DNA of 64,000 bases from Octopus sinensis (lineage: Eukaryota), in assembly GCF_006345805.1 (NCBI RefSeq), contig NC_043017.1, forward strand, positions 22,506,001-22,570,000. The letters run 5' to 3'. The notes below the pieces were generated by a model that saw only the letters and a program-made list of their open reading frames with translations, had not been told where the DNA came from and did no database searches. Positions 49,463 to 62,732 of this stretch are shown piece after piece; positions within the stretch are counted from its first letter, which is position 1; every line of letters begins with the position of its first letter. Position numbers and translations under genes: made by a program.

Positions 49463-49494
49463 AGTATATATATATACTATATGTATAGAATTTA

Positions 49495-49630
49495 ATATAA
49501 AATATAAATTACAAAGTGGGACAAGAACGCAAAAACACACAAGGAGACGACACAAAAAACCGATGGGTCACTCGAAGCCTCTAATCTTCAGTCGGGAACC
49601 GGATCATCTTAGTAATTTCGGCTGTTTATA
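49495..49630. mobile_element. Short (TA)n-flanked repeat remnant, possibly PLE-type
   Basis: Flanked by TA runs; T-rich minus strand with gccgaaa and ctgaaga, but no consistent hammerhead fold could be built. Confidence 0.3.
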
Positions 49631-49810
49631 TATATATATATATACACACATGCATGCACACTTTTGTACAATTGCTGATATACTCCACATGTATAAAAGG
49701 ACTGACGAACACTGGAGTAAGCCTCTGTTACAAATAAATATGAAGTTACACCATGCTGTAAGTGCTATTTTCTTTTGAGTGTAAACATACATCTGTGTAT
49801 ATGTTGTTTG

Positions 49811-49841
<31 letters not shown>

Positions 49842-50059
49842 TGTGTGTGTGTGAATCTGTCCTCAAAACCTTTGAATACTGTCAGTTTACAGAATGGAAC
49901 AAAAAATAAGGATATAAAATATATTCATCTTGGGTCATTTAAATAATAATAAAATATCTGACAGTCACAACCACCAAAGCCATTGGGATTTTCACTGACC
50001 AGCAAAAGAATATTATTTCCTATTTGATCATGTATATCACACTTTGACATAATAATAAT

Positions 50060-50315
50060 AAAATAAAAAAAAAATGCACCCTTTTAAAGCCTAGCCAGGC
50101 TTGTGGGCCCAGTTTCCCAGTTTCTATGGCGTATGTGTTCCCCAGCTGGACGGGACGCCAGTCCATCACAGCGTTGCTCATTTTTGCCAGCTGAGTGGAC
50201 TGGGGCAATGTGAAATGAAGTGTTTTGCTCAAGAACACTATGCATCGCCCGGTCCAGGAATCGAAACCACAATCTTACAATCCTGATGCTGACATCCTAA
50301 CCACTAAGCCACACA
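50060..50315 (-). mobile_element. SINE family D with V-domain-like centre
   Basis: Minus strand ...tgtgatggactggcgtcccgtccagctggg...; tRNA-like head at the 50315 end. Confidence 0.75.
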
Positions 50316-50323
50316 CCTCCACC

Positions 50324-50375
<52 letters not shown>

Positions 50376-50906
50376 TAATAATAATAATAATGATAATTTG
50401 TTTATTATAAATAGAGCTCATTTCATAATTGTGACTAGATACTTTGTTGACAGGCAACTAACTACAAGACATGGCTGTTACTGGTAGCCATCTAAGTGTT
50501 TAAATGATGAGAATTTTATATGCATGTAGTTCTGAGTGTAAATATTCTTATACCAACAACAGATAAACATCCATAGTACAGGAAGAATTATATAGTCATA
50601 TTCTGCCTTATCGAGATACTGCATTCCTGAAAATATTATCATAACATGGCGTTTTATAATGTAAAACTTATTTTCCCACAAACTTCCGTGTCATGTAACA
50701 TGAAAGCCAATAGGAAAATAAGATGTAATGAGATTTGACATAACAGGAAGATTTTTTCAGGGTCTCAATGCTTCAGTAATGTTAGGGATATCTGTTCATA
50801 TTTCCTCTTGTTAACATCTTAAAAGCTAAGACATCTTCAACCTATCTTGCAAACTATGTCAGGCATTTTTCAGAAAAACATTTATAAAAGTAATCAGTGA
50901 AGCATG

Positions 50907-50946
<40 letters not shown>

Positions 50947-52029
50947 CATCATCATCATCATTTAATGTCCATTTTCCATGCTGGTATTGGTTGAATGATT
51001 TGACAGAAGCTAGCAAGCCAGAGGGCTGCACCAAGCACTGCTGTCTCTTTTGGCTTGGTTTTTACAGCTGGATGCCCTGTGTTTGTGTCCCCCTTGTCTT
51101 AACATCATGCAGTATTTGTAAATTGATTGCCTCTGTCATACATGCAGTGTCATTCATTTCCAGTCTTTCTGTGAAAACATGTCTAGCCAGCAGGGGGAAA
51201 TATGGCCATGTTTAAGAAGTGGTGAGGTTTGATGACAGGAAGGGCATTTGACTGTAGGAAATTTGCCTCAATGAATCCTGTCTAAACCTTGTGAGCATGG
51301 CAAAGGGAATGTTATATGATGATGATGATGATGATAGTCACTTGCTCAATAATAATAATAATAACAATAATCCACTCTGTTATAGGTACAAGGGCTGAAA
51401 TTTTTGTGGGGAGGGGATTAGTCGATTACATCAAACCTAGTGTTTCACTGGTACTTATTTAATTGACCCCAAAAGGATGAAAGGCAAAGTCGACCTTGGC
51501 GGAATTTGAATACGGAACATAGCGGCAGACGAATTACCACTAAGCATTTTGCCTGGCGTGCTAACGTTTCTGCCAGCTTGCTGCCTTCAGTTTCTGTCTG
51601 CCAAATTCCCTCACAAGGTTTTGGATTGGCCCAAGGCTATTGTAAAAGACTTTTGCCCAAGGTGCTGTACAGTGGGACTGAACCTGAAACCACTTTTTCA
51701 GGAACCCCAAACTTCTTAACCACACAGTCACACCTGCTCAAATCAGATTATGTTAGCATAAAACTCACCGATAACTTCGATCACTGCAATATCAGTAGAC
51801 CTCAAGACATTTCCTACTTAATTATGGATTCGCTAAGCTACAAGTAATCAATAAAACACAACTTCATTATGTATCCTATCAACTCTAAAATCCTTCAATA
51901 CCCAATCACCTTCTTCATTTATTTGTAATCAATTTTTATTGAATAAAGCATCTTAAATTTCAAGATAAAAGGGAAAGCAGGTGAAAAGATATTTTAATTG
52001 ACTGCAAGCTGTTATTTTATGACTTAAAA

Positions 52030-52380
52030 ATATTACTATCATTATTGAGTGAGAAAGCAGGCATGTCATCAAATTGACACTGGGATAGAAATATATGAAG
52101 CTCAATATACTCATCATGACTAACTGTCTGATAAGGGTACTCCAGGCATATGCATCACAACCATATGTGCAGGACATGGTGATCTCATATTAAGATAAAC
52201 AGTGCATGACCTTGCAGGTGGGGCTGAGTTAGAATTTTCTTTGAGTCGACTAGCCCGTCCCACTCAAAAGGTCCCTGAATAGGGGTTGTTTAAGGATGTT
52301 GGAAGAACTACCGATGTTTCCTGAGGTGAATTATTCAAACCCCAAAGAATCCCTCTCAACACATGGCTATGATGCTCCCC
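52030..52380 (-). mobile_element. Second copy of the repeat at 5867-6203
   Basis: Reverse complement similarity, e.g. ccccaaagaatccctctcaacacatggctatgatgctcccc. Confidence 0.75.
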
Positions 52381-52880
52381 CACTACTTCTGCTCATGATC
52401 AGAGATGCACATATCATCAGCCAGTAAGGAACATGCTCAAGTAGTTATGGTCAAACAACTGACAAGCAAATCTGTGGTATTGAGCAGAATATTTACTGTA
52501 GCCCATTTTTTATGCTAAAGACTTCCAATCAGTTAAGATCAGAAGCCATGACAGCCATTGCTTGGTAAGGCATTAGGGCATTTATCATCGTTACTATCGT
52601 TATCATTATTATTGTTTTTATTATTATTGTGATTATTGTCAATTTGTTTGACTACAATTTTTAAAAAAAGGCAGTAAGCTGGCAGAATCGTTAACATGCC
52701 AGGCAAAATGTCTTTACATTCTGAGTTCAAATTCTGTCAAGGTCAACTTTACCATTCATCCTTTCAGGGTCAGTAAAATAAGTACCAGTTGAGTACTGGC
52801 AGTCAATGTTATTGACTTATCCCCTTCCTCAAAATTCCTGGCCTTGAGCCAAAATCTGAAATTGTCATCTTTATTATTAA

Positions 52881-52912
<32 letters not shown>

Positions 52913-53874
52913 TATTATTATTATTATTATTCAGCTTCATCTCAGTAATAGACATGTGCTAAATGTGTGAAAAATTCTAAGAGACAAACAAAACGCCATT
53001 TCATCATCCAGTTGTGTGGACGAGACACAATTTCCTCACGTTATGTTGGCAGCAACTCATGTGAAAAAGCCGGAAACAGTACCGCCCAACTGATATAAGT
53101 ATGGAAACAAACAATTAAAAAATAACCAGACATAAAGACGACTTTATAAACACCTTACAGGTTTGGCCATGCTGGCATCTATTAATGCTGGAACTAAACC
53201 ATCTGATTCTCCTTTTCGTAAGACCTGGGCATAAATCCAAGACCGACACTAACACTAACATTCGGCAAGTCGATAATTACTAAAATAACAATTACAAAAG
53301 AAGTGTGACCTAGCAGTAATAAAACCAATAAGTTTGTTGAGGTTACCAAAAGTTTACCGAACTGTGAGCATTAAAAGATTTAGCAGCATGGAATTCCTTG
53401 CTGTGATCAATATGTCTCTTTGAGTGTGTTTCCTTTACATAGAATTTATTGTAATCAATTCTGTATCTTTGCAGACCAAGTTCCCGTTCACAGAGACAAC
53501 TATAATCATCAATAGATGTTCCTGTAGATACCTTCTGACATATCAGCTCATTGAATTTCTCTAAGTGGCAATGGTGATTGACTCGTTACAGTTCTGTCTA
53601 GAGAATATTTCTAAGGAATCTGTTGGTCTTAATTTTAGCTAATTTCTATGATTGCTTTGTACTTTTGCTAAATATTTCATTTGACAACATTTTACCTTTC
53701 AAGTAGAAGTGTGCATAAACTGACCTAAACATACACATGCTAAAGTTAACGCATTTTTATAATTAGCTTAAGAAATTAAGAGTACATTTTTCTGACACAC
53801 TTTCTAATAATTTATATAATTTATCGAACAGTAACACAACAGAGACAGCAGTTGTATAAATGAATATATCAGCA

Positions 53875-54035
53875 TTGGCTGTGTGATAAGAAGCCTGCTC
53901 TCCAACCACATAGTTGCAGGTTCAGTCCCACTGTGTAGCACTTTGGGCAAGTATCTTCTACTATAGCCTCAGACCAACCAAAGCTTTTTGAGCGGATTTG
54001 GTAGATGGAAACTGAAAGAAGCCCGTCATATATAC

Positions 54036-54072
<37 letters not shown>

Positions 54073-54440
54073 CATATACGTGTATATGTATATGCATATT
54101 TACATTCATATACATATATATATGTACATAAACACACATATATTTATACATACATACTCACACTTATAGATATGTATATTATATATGTATGTATGTATAC
54201 ATATATGTGTGTACATGTTTATATGTATGTGTGTCTTTGCACGTGCTTGTCCCACCACCACTGCTTGACAATGGTGTTGGTGTGTTTATGTCTCTGTAAC
54301 TTAGCAGTTCAGCAAAAGGGACCAATACAATAAGTACCAGGTTTAGAAATAAAATAAGTACTGGAGTCAATTCATTTGACTAAAAAATCTTCAAAGCAGT
54401 GCTCCAGCATGGCAACAGCCTAATGACCGAAACATATAAA
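53875..54440 (+). mobile_element. SINE family A with expanded central microsatellite
   Basis: Head ggctgtgtgataagaag...; about 200 bp of TA/TG/CA repeats; tail gaccgaaacatataaaag. Confidence 0.8.
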
Positions 54441-54493
<53 letters not shown>

Positions 54494-54770
54494 CATATAT
54501 ATATACATATATATATACAATCTATATACGTTATTATTATTTTTTTTTGCAATTTACTTAATCTTTGACTTTTTATTGTTATTTTAATGTTAATATTTCT
54601 ATTATATGTAATTTTCTAGATGGTGTAATTTAATTGTTCATTTTGAATTGATAAAAGGTGGGGTTTTTTCTAATTTTTTATATATATATTATATTGAGTG
54701 AAATTTGATTTAGGATTTCTAAAGTGAATTTTTTTCCTTGTAAGTTTTCGATTTTATTCCCCCAAATATT

Positions 54771-54810
<40 letters not shown>

Positions 54811-54815
<5 letters not shown>

Positions 54816-55082
54816 CAGGGCCAGACTGCTAGGTAGTCGGCCAAATGCTAGAAATAGATCATCAACGATCAAACTACAAAGGGAATTCTCTAGAGGACCC
54901 TTTGTAGTTTGATCGTTGATGATCTATTTCTAGCATTTGGCCGACTACCTAGCAGTCTGGCCCTGCCAATATACACATATATTAGAATTTTCTCTGACTT
55001 CTCAGATTTTTTGTATGCTGGACTACTGGTTTTAAATTGATATTAATATTAATTTATCTCCCTCATTATTTATATATATATA

Positions 55083-55114
<32 letters not shown>

Positions 55115-55370
55115 TGGCAGGGCCAGACTGCTAGGTAGTCGGCCAAATGCTAGAAATAGATCATCAACGATCAAACTACAAAGGGTCCTCTAGAGAATTC
55201 CCTTTGTAGTTTGATCGTTGATGATCTATTTCTAGCATTTGGCCGACTACCTAGCAGTCTGGCCCTGCCAATATACACATATATTAGAATTTTCTCTGAC
55301 TTCTCAGATTTTTTGTATGCTGGACTACTGGTTTTAAATTGATATTAATATTATTTATCTCCCTCATTAT
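54811..55370. repeat. Two tandem 302-bp units, each a 73-bp-arm palindrome plus tail, with spacers in opposite orientation
   Basis: Arms 54811-54883/54898-54970 and 55113-55185/55200-55272; spacers aattctctagagga and tcctctagagaatt are reverse complements. Confidence 0.9.
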
Positions 55371-55376
55371 TATATA

Positions 55377-55408
<32 letters not shown>

Positions 55409-55679
55409 CATATATATATACATATATATATAAAACATGCAGCAGTGATCAATGTAGACAGAATGAATCATAAGAATGTAATATGGAAAAAATATTGATG
55501 AGCAATGAGACAGACACTCTAATCTCAGCTTATATTCCACAACCGAGATTAACTGATAGGATAAAGAATTGCTTCTAAAAAAACAATAATGAGAATTATC
55601 AGAGAAGGACACTAGAGATAATGAGAAAGTAGCTGTGATGTATACACTGATGTGTATAAGGGATATGGTTGTGATTTAA

Positions 55680-56340
55680 TATATGCTGCTGTGTGGTAAG
55701 AGGTTTACTTCACAGCCACATGGTTCTGGGTTCAGTCCCATTGCCTGGCACCTTGGTCAAGTGTCTTCTACTATGGCTACAGGCCCACCAAAGCCTTGCA
55801 AATGGATTTGGTTGATGGAAACTGAAAGAAGCTTGTCATGTTATTATCATCATCATCATTTGCCCAAGGTGCCACGCAGTGGAACTGAACCGAGAACCAT
55901 GTGGTTGGTAAGCAAGCTACTTACCACACAGCCACTCCTACTCGTTACTCTCTCTTTTACTCTTTTTCTTGTTTCAGTCAGTTGACTGCGGCCATGCTGG
56001 AGCACCGCCTTTAATCGAGCAACTTGACCCCGGGACTTATTCTTTTGTAAACCCAGTACTTATTCTATTGGTCTCATTTGCCGAACCGCTAAGTGACGGG
56101 GACATAAACACACCAGCATCGGTTGTCAAGCAATGCTAGGGAGACAAACACACACGCACATATATATATATACATATATACGAGGGGCTTCTTTCAGTTT
56201 CTGTCTACCAAATCCACTCACAAGGCATTGGTCGGCCCGGGGCTATAGCAGAAGACTCTTGCCCAAGGTGCCACGCAGTGGGACTGAACCCGGAACCATG
56301 TGGCTGGTAAGCAAGCTACTTAACACGCAGCCACTCCTAT
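55680..56340. mobile_element. Three adjacent SINE family A pieces
   Basis: Plus 5' half 55680-55830, minus head 55860-55940, minus full copy 55945-56340. Confidence 0.8.
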
Positions 56341-57209
56341 GCCTATAAGAATATTATAGATTGAAGAGTGGATGTTAAAGCAAAAAATATTTTAGTCCAG
56401 CCCATGACAACATGGAAAGTCAATGTTAAATGACGATAATGGTTCTTTTGGGGATCAAGAAAATAAAGTACCAGTTAAATACTGGGTTTTATGTAATCAA
56501 CTAAATCCCTCTCCTTGGAATTGTTGGCTTTGTGCCTAAATTATAAACAACTATTGCAATAAACAGGGCAGTTGATTGGCAGATTTGGTAGGGCATCAGG
56601 CAAAAATATCTAACAGTATTTGATAATGTCCCTTCATAATCTGAATTCAAATCTTGCAGCTGTCAAATGGAGTTGATTTAATCAAATATAGTTTCCTTTC
56701 GAAATGTGTGACCTTGTGCCAATGTCAGAAATCAATACCACTATAAACTATAAACAGATACTTTTTTTTTTTTTCACAATAGCACCATTTTCCTTCACCA
56801 ATGTTTAAAAATTTGTAAAATTTATAAATAAATAAACCAATGGCACAAAAGTAGGATAAATCATATTAATTCTGATTGAATAAACTTGGAAATCATGTTC
56901 AATGGAAGATTTTAAAATACACAAAAATAGCATTTCCGAATAACAATGCTAATTTTTAATGTTCATATAAAAATAAACACACACATATGTAAAAATGTGT
57001 GTGTGTGTGCACTTATGTGTGAACTTATAGGATAACATATAGACAGTTAGAAAACAATATCCATACACACATAAACACTTTCACTTTGAATCATCATCAT
57101 CATCACTATCATTTGACATCTGTTTTCCATGCTGGCATGGGTTGGACAGTTTGACCAGAGCTTATAAGCTAGAAAATTGCACCAGGCTCCAGTTGTCTGT
57201 TTTGACTTG

Positions 57210-57254
<45 letters not shown>

Positions 57255-57256
<2 letters not shown>

Positions 57257-57625
57257 CTCGACTCCATTGGTCACGAATGACCATGAGTGTACCTAAGAGG
57301 TTCCCCTCCGGGGTACAAGTTGGGGCGGAAATTTGCCTCACCAGTGAACACACAACCTAGGGTTGTTTTTATGGAAGACCAGCAGTCGCCCATGCATACC
57401 AGCCTCACCTCTTCATGTCACCGATGTTATCCAAGAGAAAGACAAAGGCTGATACAGCTTGGTATGAGTGACGTTGCAACTCATTTCTACAGCTGAGTGA
57501 ACTCGAGCAAACAGGAAATAAAGGGTCTTGCTCAAGAATACAACACACAGCCCGGTCCAGGAATTGAACTCACAACCTCATGATTGCAAGCTCAACACTC
57601 TAACCACTGAGTCATGTGCCTTCAG
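57255..57625 (-). mobile_element. SINE family D
   Basis: Collinear with 20360-20697. Confidence 0.8.
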
Positions 57626-57919
57626 ACACACACACACACACATATGCACATATATATATGTATATATATATATACACACACACAAAAGGGGCTACTGCAA
57701 AGTTCCTGGCTTTAAGGATTTCATGAAAGGCCTGGTTGCAGGCCCAACCTTCCAAGTTCTTTTACAGGGTTTAGAAAAACTGAAGGACTGCTGCAGTAAG
57801 CGTGTGAGTCTAGGAGGGGAATACATTGAGTAAAATCATAGTTAACTGATTTTCCTGCATTTTCTTTTACCCAAAGTCAGGAACATTGATAAATCTGGAG
57901 AACTGAAGTGAATAATAAT

Positions 57920-57980
<61 letters not shown>

Positions 57981-58008
57981 AATAATTATTATTATTATTA
58001 TTATTATT

Positions 58009-58327
58009 AATCAGTAGTTTTATTTTTATAGCGTGCTTTCACTTCACTACCAAGCACAGCTCTGTGTGCCTTGGGTATGTGCTGTGATTTGTTGTGATGC
58101 TCTGATGGTTATTGTATGGAAAGTGTTCTGCGTAGGATGTGTGCAGTGCCTAGTAGTGCAATTTTCTGTATGTTATATGTGTTTGTAAGTCCTGGTGTTT
58201 TTGTTATGTATTTGTCTGTATATTTTTTTATCATGCCTAATGCACCTACTATGATAGGAATTGTTTCTGTTTTTAGATTCCACATTCTGGTTACCTCCAT
58301 TTCTAGGTCTTTGTATTTTGAAAGTTT
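58009..58327 (-). mobile_element. 5'-truncated RLE-type non-LTR retrotransposon (R4/Dong-like) in (TAA)n
   Basis: KLSKYKDLEMEVTRMWNLKTETIPIIVGALGMIKK...QKIALLGTAHILRRTLSIQ* is the C-terminal restriction-like endonuclease region; (TAA)n on both sides. Confidence 0.8.
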
Positions 58328-58366
58328 ATTATTATGATTATTATTATTATTATTATTATTATCATA

Positions 58367-58405
<39 letters not shown>

Positions 58406-58546
58406 GATTTCAAAAATCAAAAAATTCATTTTGTTAAAACAAATGGAGAAATGAAATGTAGAACTTTGTGTAGAAATCTGTTGCCAACAGTTTGACAATG
58501 TTAATGGTTACTCAATATCAGTAGTGTTTGATGCCTATGTATAAGA

Positions 58547-58582
<36 letters not shown>

Positions 58583-59189
58583 ATCTAGGGCGTTCATGTG
58601 AGTGTATATGTGATCCCATGTATGTGTAAAAGTATGACTTGTTCAACAATCTGCTAATTTTAATAAACGAGGTGTGTATTGGTGCTTTCAGACAACAATT
58701 AAATTTGCTGTGTTAAAATTCCTCAGGAATATTTTTTTCTTGTTCTTACTGATAAAAATTGGCGAAAATTCATCCTCTCACAAACACTTTTAGACTTTTT
58801 TCGTATTTTTTTACTAACAGCCCCACGCCCAACCCATTGTTGTCTTTGTTTCTTTTTTTCCTCATCATCCTCAAATTTCCAGCTCATTCACTGATTTTCT
58901 CTCCTCTTCTTATTTCCTGCTTTTTTATGTCATTTAAGTCTTTTAGTGTTGCCTCACATTCCAAGCCCCACCTTCACTTACTCTCTCTTATCTTTCAACT
59001 AATTTCCCCCTGTTCTTCTAATCTCTGTTTATCTATGTATTAGTGTGTGTGTGTGTATATATATATATATACATATATATGATAATAAATGCCAAAATGA
59101 ATTTGTGTGTGTCCCTTCCAGCCCCTCTCTCACTATTCATTGACACTTCTACTATTCCTCATGCTGGGGTGAGAGTAATAGTAGGCATA

Positions 59190-59420
59190 GAGACGGTGAG
59201 GGCAATAGCAGATTGACAGTTGTGATGGTAATGGGGTGATAGTAATAGTATGAGCTGTAGTTGTGATAGAAGCGGAGGCAACGATAGTGGTGATGATGGT
59301 GGTGGTGGTGGTGGTGGTGGTGGTGGTGGTGGTAGTAGCCAAGGTGGTCAGTGATGATGGTGATAGTAAGCGATGTGAAAAGCAATGTTGATGGTAGTGA
59401 TGGGGAAGGCAGCTAAATCA
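59190..59420. repeat. (GGT)n/(GAT)n low-complexity tract
   Basis: Direct reading; source of the poly-Thr and poly-His ORFs. Confidence 0.9.
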
Positions 59421-59782
59421 AAGGTATTGATGGTGATGGCGTCAGAAGTATGAATGGTGTGTGTATGGCAGTTGTGGTGGCAATGGTGATGGTTGAAAAC
59501 AATCAACAGAAAAAGAGAGAGATAGAGAGAGAAAGAAAGAGGTTAGACAGAAAAAAAATGTACTGATCCCTGAATGGGAAGACAAAAATTGCTGCTTATC
59601 ATGCAGCTTTGCAATAAGTTCCAAGACAACAAATCATATCATTGATTTGATGAAAACTGTTCATTGCTTGATGAATATTGGTCAAGTTTAATAAAATGTA
59701 ATAACACTCAATGCATGTAGTGTCACTGTTGGGTCCAAGGCCCAATGAGGGGCCCTCCACAAGAGGGCAACTTTTTTAGCTA

Positions 59783-59827
<45 letters not shown>

Positions 59828-62513
59828 CATATATACATACATATATAAATACATATATATATATATAATACATGCATACATACATACATATATATATAGA
59901 GAGAGAGAGAGTGAGAGAGAGAGAGATATACATACATATATATACACATATACACATATCCATTATTTGTATATATAAATTCATTTCATATATATATGTG
60001 TGTGTGTGTGTGTGTGTACATATGTATGTATTAGTGTGTCTTTGTGTCTGTGTTTGTCCCTCCCCCACCATCGGTGTTGGTGTGTTTACATCCCTGTAAA
60101 TTAGCAGTTCAGCAAAAGAGACTAACAGAACAAGTACCAGGCTTACAACAAATAAGCCCTAGGGTTGATTTGTTCGACTAAAGGCGGTGCTCCAGCACGG
60201 TCGCAGTCAAATGACTGAAACAAGTACAAGAATAAAAGAAAGTGTGTGTGTTTGTGTGTGTGTGTACACATTCACACATTCATATAATTATATATGTATA
60301 TATATCCATTACCTACATATAAGAATTCATTTCATTTTATACATATGTATACATATATATATATACATATATATATATACATACATGAATTATTATATGT
60401 ACACATATGCATGTGTACGCACATCCGTTATAGATATAGATTCATTTCCTCTGTGCGTGTATGTGTACATGTATATATATATTATTCTCTTTTTCTGTTC
60501 TAACTATTGTTTCCCTTTCTCAATCTCTTCCCTATTTTTCTTTCTTTCTTTCTTTATTTCAATCATTGCTTATCTCTGTCTTTCTGTTCTTCTATCTCTA
60601 CACACAATTCACACCATCATCACCACCACCACCACCACCACCATCGACTTCCAAAATGCATTTACTTCCTGTTCTTCATTTCCCCCACCCACCCACCCAC
60701 CCCGCACCATTCATTCCATTTCTCAAGATATTTCCTCCCTGTCCATTCCTTTCCCATGGCAGGTTCAACAACTTCCTTTCACCACCACCATTGCAAACCT
60801 CTTCGCCACAAGAACAAGAAGCAACAGACAACAAACACTTTATAAAAATCTTTCCTTTGACAGCTGCATTTCTGTTGAATCTTTTACCAATTATCAAAAC
60901 CATTCTCCTGTCAGGTTTCATAAGAAGAACTATAGTTCCAGCAATTATCTTCTAGTTGCAAGCCCAAGCACCAACATTTCTTACCTCTGACATCACCAGT
61001 GCCTACCCCAGCACCAACGAGAACAATCACTTCTGCAACTACTAGCCAAAGCAGTCATATATACCAATACCGATGACTACCAATAATCATGAACCGATGA
61101 GGGAATTTCTATATGGTCATTCTACTTGCTAGAAATAGCAACAAAGCTCCATAAAATTGCAGCACTACTGCCTAAAACCGTGGGTCTTATTTTTTGCCTA
61201 AGGACCCCTTTGATTCTTATTTAACTCTGCTGGGCCCCCTAGCCATTTGATGTTTAAAAGATCCTATTATATTTTTATAATTAAGAATTATTAGGAATTG
61301 TATTTAAAAAAATTGTTGAAGTAGAAGTAATTTATTGTGCATAAATTTTAATACCAAAAAAACCTTGTGTGGATCCTCAAGGGTCATGTGGACCTTGTTT
61401 GAGAATCATTGGGCTAAAACGAAATAAAAAGGACATCAGATAATGTGGTCCAAGATATGATCTATTTGAAATGTTTTGTTTCTTTATTGCCCACGGGTGA
61501 GGGAGGCTAAACATAGAGGGGACAAACAAAGGGATTAAGTTGATTACATCGATCCCAATGCGTAACTGGTACTTATTTAATTGACTCTGAGAGGATGAAA
61601 GGTAAAGTCGACATCAGTGGAACTTGAACTTACGAAATACCGTTAAGCATTTCACCTGGTGGGCTAACATTTCTGCCAGCTCACTGCCTTTCTGTTTGAA
61701 ATTAAGACAGAATGGTCACAGCTGAAATGTGTCTGACTATGAGATCTGCCAGATTCAGGGTTGAGCAAGGGTCATACAGCAACAACAACCACCATCATTA
61801 TTTGTCTCCCACCATTACCACCACTACAACAAACATGATTAAACCACTACAACAACTATGAGCTACCACTGGGATCAAACTATTTACGCACACAGAAATC
61901 AATGAAGAATAATAAAATAAAATAAAATTAAAAAATAATAAAGAATAATAAAATTTTTGCCCATGGACCCCTTTGATCACTATTTTACTCAGGTGGACCC
62001 TCATAGATATTTGATGTTAAAAAAATTCGATTATATTTTTATCTTTAAGTATAAGAAATTGCATAAAAAAAATTGTTAAAACATTATTGAAAAAAGGGTA
62101 ACCAATTTATTGCCTATGAACTTTGACAACGAAATCTTATGTGGACCCCCATGGGTCACGTGGGCCCCTGTTGAGAACCATTGCTCGCATAGTCATCCAG
62201 CCTACTAAAAGAAGCAGTCAAATTTCCCTCAAACCACATTCTACTATGTTGCTAAAAGATACAGACACAATATGCATGACAGTTTTGGATGAATTGCCTA
62301 CTAATAAGATGAGATGGTCATCACTGGAATTCCTTTGATCATAGATTTATTCAGTTAAGGTTGACCTGGAATTAAACAAGTACATCCTCTAAGCTTTGAT
62401 ATGGTCTTTTCACATGCTAGAATTAGCAGCCAAATCGCTTGAAGTCACAGAAATAACAGAACAAAAAAGGCAGGAAGAACAAAGCTGGAATGTATTTCAT
62501 CATAAATCTATTT

Positions 62514-62732
62514 CAGTGCTTTTCAAACGTTTTGCTGGAGCGGAACCCCAAGGAAACATTCCACTGGCTCGGGGAACCCCTGTGCAATAATTTAATAGTC
62601 TTATGCACACATATCTGCACAGGAAAATTAAAAATTACTGCCAATTTTAGCAGTTTTGTAACTTCTTGCGGAACCCCTGGACTGTACTGGCGGAACCCTA
62701 AGGTTCCGCGGAACCCTGGTTGAAAACCACGG
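62514..62732 (+). mobile_element. hAT MITE with perfect 8-bp TSD
   Basis: TIRs cagtgcttttcaa / ttgaaaaccacgg; atctattt at 62506-62513 and 62733-62740; internal ggaacccc repeats. Confidence 0.85.

Noticed and set aside
49560-49625. Hammerhead in the 49495-49630 remnant
   Set aside because: GAAA precedes CUGAAGA and I could not build consistent stems II and III.
54884-54897. Hammerhead at the centre of the 54811 palindrome
   Set aside because: A palindromic ctctagag is present, but no GAAA or core in either orientation.
60187-60990. 267-aa plus ORF and overlapping ORFs
   Set aside because: Built from TG/TA, pyrimidine and CAC repeats on a stop-poor C-rich strand; no domain recognised.
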